From the human T2T-CHM13v2.0 reference genome, Homo sapiens, in assembly GCF_009914755.1 (NCBI RefSeq), contig NC_060936.1: a stretch of DNA of 64,000 bases. One strand, given 5' to 3'. Below the pieces are notes generated by a model, which worked only from the letters and a program-made list of their open reading frames with translations, was not told where the DNA came from and did no database searches. The position numbers and the translations under genes were made by a program. Shown in pieces: positions 1-16,194 of this stretch (position 1 is the first letter of the stretch; each line of letters opens with the position of its first letter).

Positions 1-552
1 AAAGTGGGTTCTTACTCTGCTGCCCTGGGACAGTCTTTGCCTTGGATAAGTTAACAGACATTTGGAAGTCTGGCCCTCTGTTTTCCAATACTACACCTGT
101 GGCTATCCCCTCCAGAGCACTAACACATCTCTAAACAGGTACTATAAGGAAATACATATGCTGTCAGCAGGGCTGGCACCAGGATTCTACTTTCACCATG
201 CCCTCCCCATCCTTTTTAATATCTCAGAGCCCCAGACAGTAGAGAAGAGCTGACATGGGAATGCAGAATTGCAAAATTAGGACAGAACTGGGACTACTGA
301 CTCCCTGCCCAGGTCCCCCCGCCCCCGACCCAGCTCAAAATGCCTTTAGAGCCCAAGCTGCCTCCTATCTGCACCTGCAGCTTCTGCCTGTCTCCATTCC
401 CACTCCACTGGCTTCTGTGATCCAGGGCTGAAATCAGATGCCAAGAATCTGCTTCTGACCTCCTCTCTCCAAATATTTGAGAAGTCACCTCACCACCACA
501 GGAGGAAAGATCAGGAAAGAAGAGAGAGAGAGGCCACCCAAAATTAGCCTGG

Positions 553-562
553 CTATAAATAG
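553..562. promoter_or_regulatory. Consensus MEF2 site CTATAAATAG with nearby E-boxes (CACCTG 372-377, CAGATG 435-440); candidate ITGA7 muscle enhancer
   Basis: Exact CTA(A/T)4TAG match in unique sequence upstream of the muscle integrin ITGA7. Confidence 0.4.
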
Positions 563-700
563 AGGGGCAAAGGAGGGAGGGGAACACACAAGAGCGTGCT
601 AGACCAGCCTAGTAAATTTAGACATGTAGATTTCTCTCAAGGAGAAATGAGACTAGAATGTTGGAGTGGAAGATAATATCGTAGGTGAAGAGGGAAATTA

Positions 701-1845
<1,145 letters not shown>

Positions 1846-2698
1846 AGCCAGACATGGTAATCCCAGCACTTTGGGAGGGAGGGAGGTGGATCACTTGAGG
1901 TCAGGAGTTTGAGACCAGCCTGGCCAATATGACAAAAACCCATCTCTACTAAAAATACAAAAATCAGCTGGGCGTGGTGGTACACACCTGTAATCCCAGC
2001 TACTCAGGAGGCTGAGGCACAAGAATCGCTTGAACCCAGAAGGCGGAGCCTGCAGTGAGCAGAGATAGCACCACTGCACTCCAGCCTGGGGGACACAGTG
2101 AGACTCTGCCTCAAAAAAAAAAAAAAAATTTAAAAATTTTGTGCTTCTAAGGATACCACTAACAAAGTAAAATGATAATCCATGGAATAGATTATCCACT
2201 CCACTCCATGGAATAGATTAATACACTGTACTTCAGCCTGGGCAACAGAGTGAGACTCTGTCTCAAAAAAAAAGAAAAAGAAAAAGAAATGTGGCTAGTA
2301 TGACTGAGAAACTGAACTTTTTAAATAAATTAAATGTAAAAATGAAAGATTAATAATCTTTATAAAAATTTCCAAAATTTTAGACGTTGAGAAATGTCCA
2401 GATCCAGCCAAGATTTTAGCCCTTTAGCTTTTGTATGAGTGGAAGCTGAGGCTTTCTCCAGCTCCTTCCCTTTTCAACATCTTCTTCCCCACTTTGAGAT
2501 CAGTATTTTTCAGCTCCCTCAAATCACACTTTTTGCAACTGTTGTCTCTAGCTTACAAGCAAACACTTCCAGAACACACACTTCAGGGCTAACTTCTCCC
2601 TCCACCTCATCTGGCAACAGAGCCTTGGAGCTTATGTCCCAAGGTCAGGCTTTTCCGTCCCAACATGCACACCATGAGAACTTTTTTACTTCACTCAC

Positions 2699-2762
2699 CT
2701 CTCCAGCACTGGAATCCTTCTGCCTGCCTCTGAATTCTGGTTGTAGTCAAAGCTTGAACCAT
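2699..2762 (-). CDS. ITGA7: Probable alternative upstream first coding exon of ITGA7 (MVQALTTTRIQRQAEGFQCWR, phase-1 donor); main ITGA7 body lies left of the window
   Basis: ATG at 2762 followed by 64 nt and a perfect AG|GTGAGT donor (2693-2700). ITGA7 is the known left neighbour of BLOC1S1 on the - strand. The peptide matches my recollection of a minor ITGA7 isoform N-terminus (unverified). Confidence 0.5.
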
Positions 2763-4866
2763 GGGAGTGGCTGGGAGGAAAAGAACATAAATGTGATTGA
2801 GGGAATTCAGTGGGGAAACAGCTTGACCGCTCCGGTCTTTGACGATCCAAAAGAAACCCTTAACACTTGAGAAGGACTGGGAGGTCACTTACCAAAGGGA
2901 GCCATTTGGACTGTCTCAAGGGCCCCCTTTCTTTGAGCACTGGCTTCAGGCCAACATTTGGAACTTAGCCACACCACCACCAACCCCCTCTCTTGAAGCC
3001 CAGCCAGATCTCCCAGTATGTGAAGCCTTGTCTACTCACTCTGTGTCCTCCCTCAGCCCTCATCCAACCCCTAACAACTCAGCAGCTTCCAGCCCTGTTT
3101 GGCCCAGCCAGTCAGTTTGGAGCTTGCTAATTAAAGCTAACTCTGAAAGAGACCTCAAAAGAAGAGGGAAATGAGTGAAGAAAGGAGTGTGGAGTTGCAT
3201 TCATTCAGTCCAAGGGAAAATAATCTGAGTAGGAAATCGTAAGGAGAGGTGAGCAGAAAGAGACTTCAAATTTCAAGAGTCATTCTCCAGATAGATATGT
3301 ATGCGACTTGTGTCCATCTCTACCAAGGACAAGTGAAGCTGAGCTTCAACTGCAGCAGAAACTAAGGTTAGACAGTGAACAATAAAGGCCCAGAAAAAGA
3401 ACAGATGGAGGATAACCCTAGAGAGATCAGATGGGGACACTAGATACAGATACCCCATGTCCTCTGCTCAGCTCTAGGGCAAAGGAACAGCCAGTGTGTG
3501 GGAGAGAAGGGAGAGGCTAATGTCTGCAGAATCCTGGCAGTCTCTACACCGATTGTGAAAATGTCAGGCAGTTGTGCCAAGAAGGGTGAGGGTAATACAG
3601 GATGGGCCTGACACTCTCCCTGAGTTGGCCTAATCTTAACATTTAGACTCACTTTTGAGACCCCCCCAACACTAACCCCCATTAGCCCTCACCCTCTGTT
3701 TCACTTATCCCATGTCACCATTATCTTGACACTTCCAACCCATGTCCTTCTCTTCCAGGCCCCACAGCTCTGGAGGTGAGGCACCAGGCATTTCCAATCT
3801 GCCTCTATTTTGCTTGCTCACTGCAGTTGGAAGCTGGAGCCAGAGAGTGGGGAGGACAGAGCCAGGCTGCTCTGTGATGCTCTCACTCTTCCCACTTCTA
3901 TTGATTAGCCCTTCTCTGGAGCAGAGCCTCTTCTCAAACACTCCTCCCCTGCCAGGATTCTCTACAGCTCATGCCCAGCAAGCTAGAGGGGCATAATGAT
4001 TAGAGACAGAGAGATTCCCAGAAAAGTGCTCTGGGTCTACCCTCCTGGGGTCTCAACTGTGGTTTATGCAGTATACAGCGGTAAGACTCAGGCTCTGGAG
4101 TCAGATAGCCTGGATTTGTATCCTAGCTCTACCACTAATGAACTCTATTACTTAACTGCCTTGTACCTCAGATTCTTCATCTGCAAATTTGGGATACTCG
4201 TAATAATATTTCACAGAACTGTTCTAGGGATTAAATGAATACATACATGTAAAGTGCTTGACTATGATGAGTACTAAGAAATGTTTAGAAAGAAGATACA
4301 GTACACATATAATTTAGACACATACACACAGTATCTAACGTTTTTATTAGAATTTTTATTTTGGCACTTAAAATGTTTTGCTTTATGCTGCCACTTAAGC
4401 ATTTCATGTGCTTCTCCTCACTAATCCTTTGACAGTTGCACATCTCCCAGGATTTGGGATGCTATTCTGCAAATAGTTGAATGAATCATTGATCAGTAAT
4501 TCTCAAATCTTACTCAGAAAATTCAAGAATGTTTTCTTCTAATGCAATCAGCACCCATTTCTCCTCCCCCTGCAAGTAAATATAATGACGTCAACTTCAA
4601 CTATGCCAATGAATCACAAAATGAGAGAATGCCAAAGCTGGAAATAGTTTTAGATATGGTTTAGCCCAGTGAGTTTCAACCCTGGATACACATTAGAATC
4701 ACCAGAACAGCTTTTAAAATATACTGATAAGGCCAGGCACGGTGGCTCACACCTGTAATCCCAGCACTTTGGGAGGCCGAGGCGGGCAGATTACCTGAGG
4801 TCAGGAGTTCAAGACCAGTCTAACCAACACGGTGAAATGCCATCTCTACTAAAAATACAAAAATTA

Positions 4867-5176
<310 letters not shown>

Positions 5177-5215
5177 TCAGGTGTGGTGGCACATGCCTGT
5201 AATCCCAGCTACTCA

Positions 5216-5470
<255 letters not shown>

Positions 5471-5495
5471 CTATTTAATTAGTCTGGAATCAAGG

Positions 5496-5793
<298 letters not shown>

Positions 5794-6661
5794 TAATCAC
5801 GGCATTTTTATAAGCCTTGTGATTTCTGTGATTCTAATGTTTAGATTCTAATGCTTAGCCAGGGTTGAGAACCACCGATTTAATCCAATCCCTTCTCCTA
5901 GTTTTACTAAAGAGAAAACTATAACCTAGAATGGTGAGCAACTTGCCCAAAGTCACCCAACATGTTAGTGCAAGGTGCACCGAGAGAGATTGTACCAGTA
6001 GCAAGAATATGCTCATGATGTTTATAATTGTTCTCGCTGGAGTTAATCCCGGAAGCATTTCTTTTTAGTTCACAGAGGCCTTATATAAATTACTTTTTAC
6101 TTTGGCACAGCACTTACGCTTCTGCTAACACTGAAATGGGTTCGCATTCCTGACCACAAAAGGACAGAGATGAAATTCTACATTCACACAGCCCGCCAAG
6201 TTAGCCAAGCTCCCTAGGAGGCTGTCTGAAGTGCCTAAAATGCTTCTCTACAATGATCACCCAGAGCTGAGAGACTTCAGTGGGGTAGTGAGAAGAAAGA
6301 GGGTTGGGAGAGACAGGAAAGCATCCTCTCCTTGAGGGAAGGAACTGGGAATCAACTGAGAACCAGCTAGCACTGCCAGGAGGTGAGGAGAGGGAAGGAG
6401 AATAATTTAAATGAGGCCAGGGAGCTTCTGCTCCCTCAATTAAACGGTGATAGACGGCCTGACACCACCAGCCCTCGAAGCCTGAGATCCACAGGAAATG
6501 TTAAAAACTGGCTTGGCAATATAAGTATTAGAAAATACTTCTTCCAACACTCACCAAAAACTAAGCTCCCAATAAAGAACACTTCACCTGCCCTCCGCAA
6601 CCCTCTACCTCTCTTCCCCGCCAAGATCTTCACCCAAGGTCTCAAGAGGGCGGTTCCCAAC

Positions 6662-6687
6662 CTCACGTGACACAGCGGTCACGTGAC
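6662..6687 (+). promoter_or_regulatory. Tandem CLEAR/E-box elements (CTCACGTGAC, GTCACGTGAC) in the BLOC1S1 CpG-island promoter
   Basis: Perfect palindrome GTCACGTGAC at 6678-6687 and a near-perfect copy at 6662-6671; matches the TFEB/TFE3/MITF/USF consensus. Confidence 0.8.
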
Positions 6688-9600
6688 ATGGCCCCGGGGA
6701 GCCGAGGTGAGCGTTCCAGCTTCCGGAGCCGGAGGGGGCCCGGCGTACCCAGCCCCCAGCCCGACGTGACCATGCTGTCCCGCCTCCTAAAAGAACACCA
6801 GGCCAAGCAGAATGAACGCAAGGAGCTGCAGGGTGAGCCAAATATCCTGTCGGCCGTTTTCTCTTCGGCCGCGGCCTAGCTTCAGCCCGGAGCCTGGATC
6901 TCGAGTAACTAACCATATCCAGGGAAAGACGCCAGCTAGCGGGCAACGGGCATGGGGGAGAGGGAATTTCAGAGAGGCTTTTTTTGAAACTCCTTTCCCT
7001 TGCCAACTGGCTCCGGTCCCTTGGGCAATACTCCGGTCCCCTCGGCAACGCCCCCAATCCCCGACCTGCCGCACCTTAGCCCCGCCCCTGCCCCGGAGCG
7101 CCCTGCCTATTGGCCCTGGGAGCCTCTCGTCCTGGCGGCGGGAAGGAGCGACTCTGGAGGGAGGAGGGTGTGGGGAACCCCCCAGAGATGGGCTTCTTGG
7201 AGGCCTGAAACCACCGGAACGGAGGTGGGGCACTTGTTTCCTGAGTCCGGGCTGGAAATCTCGGAGTTACCGATTCTGCGGCCGAGTAGTGGAGAAAGAG
7301 TGCCTGGGAGTCAGGAGTCCTGGGCGCTGCCGCTGACTTCCTGGCGTCCCTGAGTGAGTCCATTTCCCTCCCAGGGTACCAGTTTCCTCATCTCTAAAAT
7401 GAAAGAGGTTGCGCTATGTTTTGCAAGGTCCTTTTCAGCTCCGGCATTCAGAGATTAGTTAAGAAATTTCGGCAACTAGCAGAATAGTAATGGATGGGTA
7501 GGGAACCTTTAACACTACCCCTCAAAAAACCAAGTCTCCCCTCCAATTCCTTTTCCCCCTCTCCCCAGAAAAGAGGAGGCGAGAGGCTATCACTGCAGCG
7601 ACCTGCCTGACAGAAGCTTTGGTGGATCACCTCAATGTGGGGTATGGACCTCTTATCAACATCAGTTTCCTCCTTCCCCACCCCGCCCAAGTTTAGGCAC
7701 TGGCCAGTCTGGCCCTCAAATAGCTGTTGAAGGGGTGGGATGTTCCACTAATTCCCCTATCCTACCCCGCCCCTCCCAGCTCTTTGTAGAGCAACTTGAG
7801 TCAACTCTGAGTCCTAGCACTGGGCAAGGGAGGAACAGCTGCCGTGGTTAGAGAAGCAGCCAGATTTCCCCTTCCCCACGTTAACTTCCCTGGCATTTAC
7901 AACTTGATGCCATCTGCCCACCTCCCTTCACCCTTCCAAGTCCAGCTGTCACTTCAGCAGGAGGGAGAGCACCCTCCTTCATTACAGCTTACCACCCTCT
8001 CCTCTGCCTCCCACCCTCTGGCAAGCCTGGGGAGCAGCTGGCAGGAAAGAGATGGCAGAGCTGGTGGTGGTGAGAGTAGAACCTGTTCCGGGAGCTATGG
8101 CAGAGCCAGGCTGTCTCTTACCTTCCTATTGGGTCTCTAGGGACCACACCCTGCCCCAGCCCTAAATGAGAATGCCAGTAACAGCCAAAGACTTGGGAAA
8201 AAGCAAAGAACATTGTCTCTTGACCCTAAGTGACCCAGAAGCGTGCAGAGATGATGATTTGCTAGTCTGCCTATTGGAAGAAAGGCAGTATGGTACCTTC
8301 CACCCCAGGTCAAGTAGAACAGCTCGGTGTGAATCCAGAGACTGAGTCATCCAAGTGAGCCATGCAGGGGCTGGGGTCATCTTTGTTACTCATCTTGGGG
8401 GAAGGTTGAGAGAAAGAAAGTTGTGGCTGGGGCCTCTGATCTCCCTTCTCTCCAGGCAGCTCTCTTTACTCAGTGTGAATATAGAAGCAGGTGGTCAATG
8501 GGGAAAACCAGAAGTTCAGGAATTCTCAGGGGAGTCTGTTTCAGTTCCTACCCGACCCTTGACAGTGACCCAGCTGTCTCCCAAAAAGAAGGAACAGGGT
8601 CTGCCCTCCCATTTCCTCCCTCCCACATTGGCACCTCCTGGGCTCTGCTGTGCCCATCATTTGTGAGATTGGCCCAGGCCTTTCCCTCTTCTTTTCCTTT
8701 GCTAGATGCCACCCCACTTTCAGCTTAGAGGGCAGCTAAGCCAAAGCCAGATTAGAAAGGGTTTTGTGTTGCTGCCCACGCCTCCTCTCATTCCCCGGAA
8801 AGGAAAACAAAGGCTCAGTCTATCTTGGCCCCTGTCAGGTGTCCTGCCCACTCCCTCAGCCCCCACCAACCCCTTCCCCGCTCCAGCCCCCACACATTCC
8901 AGTGGGTGGGGGCACCGGATGTGGAATCTCCTGGCTGAGTAGAGCTCTGGGGTGGGAAGTGAAAAATTCAACAGCCAATAAAGGAGAACAATTATTGCAG
9001 GGGTTGGGGAGGGCAAAAAACACTGGCAGAAGGTTGGGGACACCAACCCCATGGTAGTAATGGTAACCACAGCCCATACCTTGATTGAAAAGAAAAACTA
9101 GTGCCTAAGGCAGAAGGGAGGGAGAGCATGTGTGTGTGTGTGTGTGTGTGTTTGTGTGTGTTCCTTGATCTGTGTGGGCAAAAGCGAAGGCTTGGGAGAG
9201 CAACTGAGAGCCGAGAAGAAACCCCTGGGATACCCTCTTTTGACCCAGGGTTCCTGGGGAGGGGGTTTGTACTCCCATCCTAACCCGGCTTCAGGGAGGG
9301 GCCCAATTTCCCTCTCCAACTTCTTGCATAGATCCCTAGGCTTCCAATCACTGCCAGATGTGTTCCTCCTGCTGGATTTTCCCAGTTTTTCCATGCCCCT
9401 TTTTCCCTCCCAGCTTTTTCCTCAGGGATATCACCCCAGGTTTTCCCTCCCTTCCCCCACTCAGCTGCAGGAACTCCTTTTTGGGGTTTGGAGCTGGTAT
9501 GTTTCTAGTCAGCTCCGAGCTTGGCTCTCCTGGGAATCCTGGGAGTGAAAGGAAGGAGCTGGGTTTATTTGCATGTACTGGTAGTCATTTGCATCACATC

Positions 9601-10243
9601 CAAAAATGGCCAAAATTATGAGCCCTGATTCTTGGCTGAACTCCCACTGCTGCAATGGAATATTAGTCCCGGAGACCACCCCCAACTAGCTGGAGCTGAT
9701 CTCCTCCCTCCTCCAACCCCCCAGTGTGGCCCAGGCCTACATGAACCAGAGAAAGCTGGACCATGAGGTGAAGACCCTACAGGTCCAGGCTGCCCAATTT
9801 GCCAAGCAGACAGGCCAGTGGATCGGAATGGTGGAGAACTTCAACCAGGCACTCAAGGTGGGCCATACTCCCTACCTCACCACCCCAATCCTGGGCCCCC
9901 ATTGGCTGCCTCCAGTCAGGTTACCTCAGGTTTAGGTTAAGGAGGAAGTAGGGTGGTCCCAGAAACCCCATCTATAGCCCCAGTGTCAGAAAAGGTAGAG
10001 AAAGAAAGAAAAGCAGTTGGTGGGTCCAAGTAAAGCCTTTTCCAGGAGATGAATAAAACGTATTCCCCAGACTGGAAGCCATACTCTACCCATTCTGATT
10101 CCTGGGCTCCCACCTCCTCTCCCCCTTCCCAGGAAATTGGGGATGTGGAGAACTGGGCTCGGAGCATCGAGCTGGACATGCGCACCATTGCCACTGCACT
10201 GGAATATGTCTACAAAGGGCAGCTGCAGTCTGCCCCTTCCTAG
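6688..10243 (+). CDS. BLOC1S1: BLOC-1 subunit 1 (BLOS1/GCN5L1), 153 aa; coding exons 6688-6832, 7569-7641, 9725-9857, 10133-10243; second in-frame ATG at 6772 gives a 125-aa form
   Basis: MAPGSRGERSS...[61 protein letters not shown]...EIGDVENWARSIELDMRTIATALEYVYKGQLQSAPS; all introns GT-AG; 145+73+133+111=462 nt. Confidence 0.98.
9129..9160. repeat. (TG)n microsatellite in BLOC1S1 intron 2
   Basis: tgtgtgtg run. Confidence 0.9.
10217..10235 (+). promoter_or_regulatory. IRE1 RIDD cleavage stem-loop of BLOC1S1 mRNA (GGGCAG-CUG^CAGU-CUGCCC)
   Basis: 6-bp stem with a 7-nt loop containing CUGCAG; the scissile G (10225) is CDS position 444. Confidence 0.9.
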
Positions 10244-10316
10244 CCCCTGTTCCCTCCCCCAACCCTATCCCTCCTACCTCACCCGCAGGGGGAAGGAGGG
10301 AGGCTGACAAGCCTTG

Positions 10317-10322
10317 AATAAA
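10317..10322 (+). terminator. BLOC1S1 poly(A) signal AATAAA
   Basis: AATAAA about 75 nt after the stop, followed by the GT-rich tract ctgtggtgtgttt. Confidence 0.85.
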
Positions 10323-11099
10323 ACACAAGCCTCCGTTTCTCTGTGGTGTGTTTCAGAGAGCTACTAGCTCCAGTGTCGGGGGTGGGAGTGGAAGGTTCAA
10401 AGGTGGTTTCCCTGAGGGACAGGTACCTTTTGGGGAGAGGGTGGAACTAGCTTCCTCTTACTATCCCAACTCTCTTCTCCTCCATGGCCCTTGTGCAGGT
10501 GTCTGTTAGGCAAGCAGAGGGTGGGAGTTCCCATCCCTCCTGAGAGAAGGTCCTAGTAGCCCTGCCCCAAGCTTCCTAATTCAGGACTTGTTTCCTACAG
10601 AAGAGAAACAAGGCAAGGTACAGGCCTGGTCCCCAGCTCTGGCTTTCTGCCTCTCCACGTGCTCATGGCCTCTCCCAGGCTAACTCTAAGCAGTGTCATG
10701 AGTCTGAGCCAGGTGGGAGATTAATTCCTGGGGGCACTTCAGGGCTGAGAAGGGGGAGGAATGACAGGTCCAGTAACCGTTACCAACAGAGCAGTGCAGC
10801 TGCCATCCTTGACAGCTCCCTCCTCCTTGGAGACCATGACATAGATGGTCAGGAACCCAGGCTGAGAAAGACAGCCAAGGGGTGGGGGGAGCCTAGGCAA
10901 ATCTGGCCTCTGCCAAGTCCTGGCTTCAGCCAGGCAAGCTCCAGCCTCCCTGGCTCCTCCTCCTCCTCAGTCCTATCCCCACCCTGTCACACATACACTT
11001 AATACGCCTGGCATCCAAGTCCACCCACTCCGGACTTTGGCCTTAGCAGTAGTTAGTGTGGGAGGCTGGGAAGACTGGGAGCAGTCTCTTAAACAAAAG

Positions 11100-11151
11100 C
11101 AAAAGAATAAGCTTCGGGCGCTGTAGTACCTGCCAGCTTTCGCCACAGGAG
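11100..11151 (+). other. RDH5: RDH5 non-coding exon 1 (5' boundary approximate)
   Basis: Perfect GAG|GTAAGT donor at 11151/11152 upstream of the exon-2 acceptor cluster (11781-11816). Confidence 0.7.
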
Positions 11152-11480
11152 GTAAGTGGATACTGGGAGCTGGGGGAACTGAGAAGACTAGCCAGATATT
11201 ACATGTATTGCCAACTCAAAACTTTCAGCTTTTAACATGCTTCCTCACACATTATCCCCTTTGATCCTCCACAACTCTGAGGTGGACCTGGTGGGTCTTA
11301 GCCCCACTTGGTAGATGAGAAAATAGGTTGAGAGAGACAGTGAGATGCTCAGTATCACACAGCAAACCTCTTGGCCCTATACATCATTCCAAACACAAGA
11401 CCCAGGTTGCATATAGAAGGTTCAGTGTCCCTGGTTTAGAAGGAGAGGTGGTGTGAGGCAAGCAAGAAGATGCCTCTGCT

Positions 11481-11540
11481 GCACTCCAGCCTGGGCGACA
11501 GAGTGAGACTCCATCTCAAAAAAAAAAAAAAAAAAAAAAA
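11481..11540 (+). mobile_element. Severely 5'-truncated Alu with TSD aagatgcctctgct
   Basis: Only the last ~40 nt of Alu plus the A-tail, flanked by a 14-bp direct repeat. Confidence 0.85.
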
Positions 11541-11800
11541 GATGCCTCTGCTCCATACAGCAGGTCTGTACACAGGATCTGGCTCATGTGGTTTTAGTTA
11601 AGTTAGCCACAAATACAGGGTCTGCCCACATCTTTGCTTTGAACAGATGAGCCATGGTTGGCCAATTATCTGCCAACCAGATAATTTCTCAATATGCTCA
11701 CACCAGATGCTTCCAGCTAGGGAGGGTATTAGGGGAAAGGGCTTGAGGGCCACAGTAAACTGGACAAGTTTTTCTGCCCAGCCTAGGCTGCCACCTGTAG

Positions 11801-15179
<3,379 letters not shown>

Positions 15180-15302
15180 ATCCAGCCTTCCAGCAAGAGA
15201 TTGTTTTTCAAGGACAAGGACTTTGATTTATTTCTGCCCCCACCCTGGTACTGCCTGGTGCCTGCCACAAAATAAGCACTAACAAAAGTGTATTGTTTAA
15301 AA

Positions 15303-15308
15303 AATAAA
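15303..15308 (+). terminator. RDH5 poly(A) signal AATAAA
   Basis: First AATAAA, about 125 nt after the stop. Confidence 0.6.
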
Positions 15309-16127
15309 AAGAAGGTGGGCAGAAATGTGCCCAGTGGAAGGCTGACCCCATTTAAGTGCCAACTACTCCAAACCGACATGCTCACGGTCTCTGGCCTGTT
15401 CAGTCCCTGCAAAACAGCTAGCACCCACAGTGGGGCGCCAGGGAACTGCCTCACATCTACAGCTGCACGTCGGGGAGTGGCCATCAAAGGGCACTTTAAT
15501 ACATTTCCCTTATTTTCTGAAGGGGAGTAAGGTTGCAATTCAGTGTCTGTACTGGGAATGGTCTTCATATTTCTTGGGGGAGAAGAGCAGGTGATGAGGG
15601 TTCTGGGCCAGGCTGGGTGGCTTCCATGGAAGAAAAGGCAATATTCACATAAATTCTCCTGCTAAGGACACTGACCACACAGGTGTCAAGGCAACTTATC
15701 ATACTTCGAAAGGAGCTGGATCCCTTGAGGATTGGCCAGGAAGGGAGGTGCTGGGCCCTTAGCGGTGCACAGAAGGCCAGGAAGATGTCCAAGGCAGATG
15801 GGGGCTGGGCTCTCGCAGGTGGGACCTTTCTGGGGAGCTGCTTTGACTTATGCAGCAGATGGCTTCATGAATGTTCATAGTGAGCCTGGCAGCATAAGAC
15901 TAGGGGGCAGAAAGCACCACAGTCTCTGGATCCTCACTTCTCCCACTGCCTGCCCAACCAACACCTTCGCAAAGTCCTCCTTTCCCAAACACCCCCCAAA
16001 ATAGACCTCGAAGTACACATGCATTAAGGTCCCAGAGGACAGGGAACATCAGTAAGGAAAGGAAGGAATCAAGCATCACTCTAAGACAAACTCAGACCAT
16101 CTCTTTTCGGTCTGAAAAAATAATCCG

Positions 16128-16133
16128 TTTAAT
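16128..16133 (-). terminator. CD63 poly(A) signal ATTAAA
   Basis: tttaat on the + strand, about 60 nt beyond the CD63 stop. Confidence 0.7.
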
Positions 16134-16194
16134 TGAAAAACCTGGAGGATACTATTCCACTCCCCCAGATGAGGAGGCTGAGGAGACCAGACCC

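Noticed and set aside
6605-7363. Several 95-174 aa ORFs over BLOC1S1 exon 1/intron 1
   Set aside because: CpG-island artefacts with no recognisable homology
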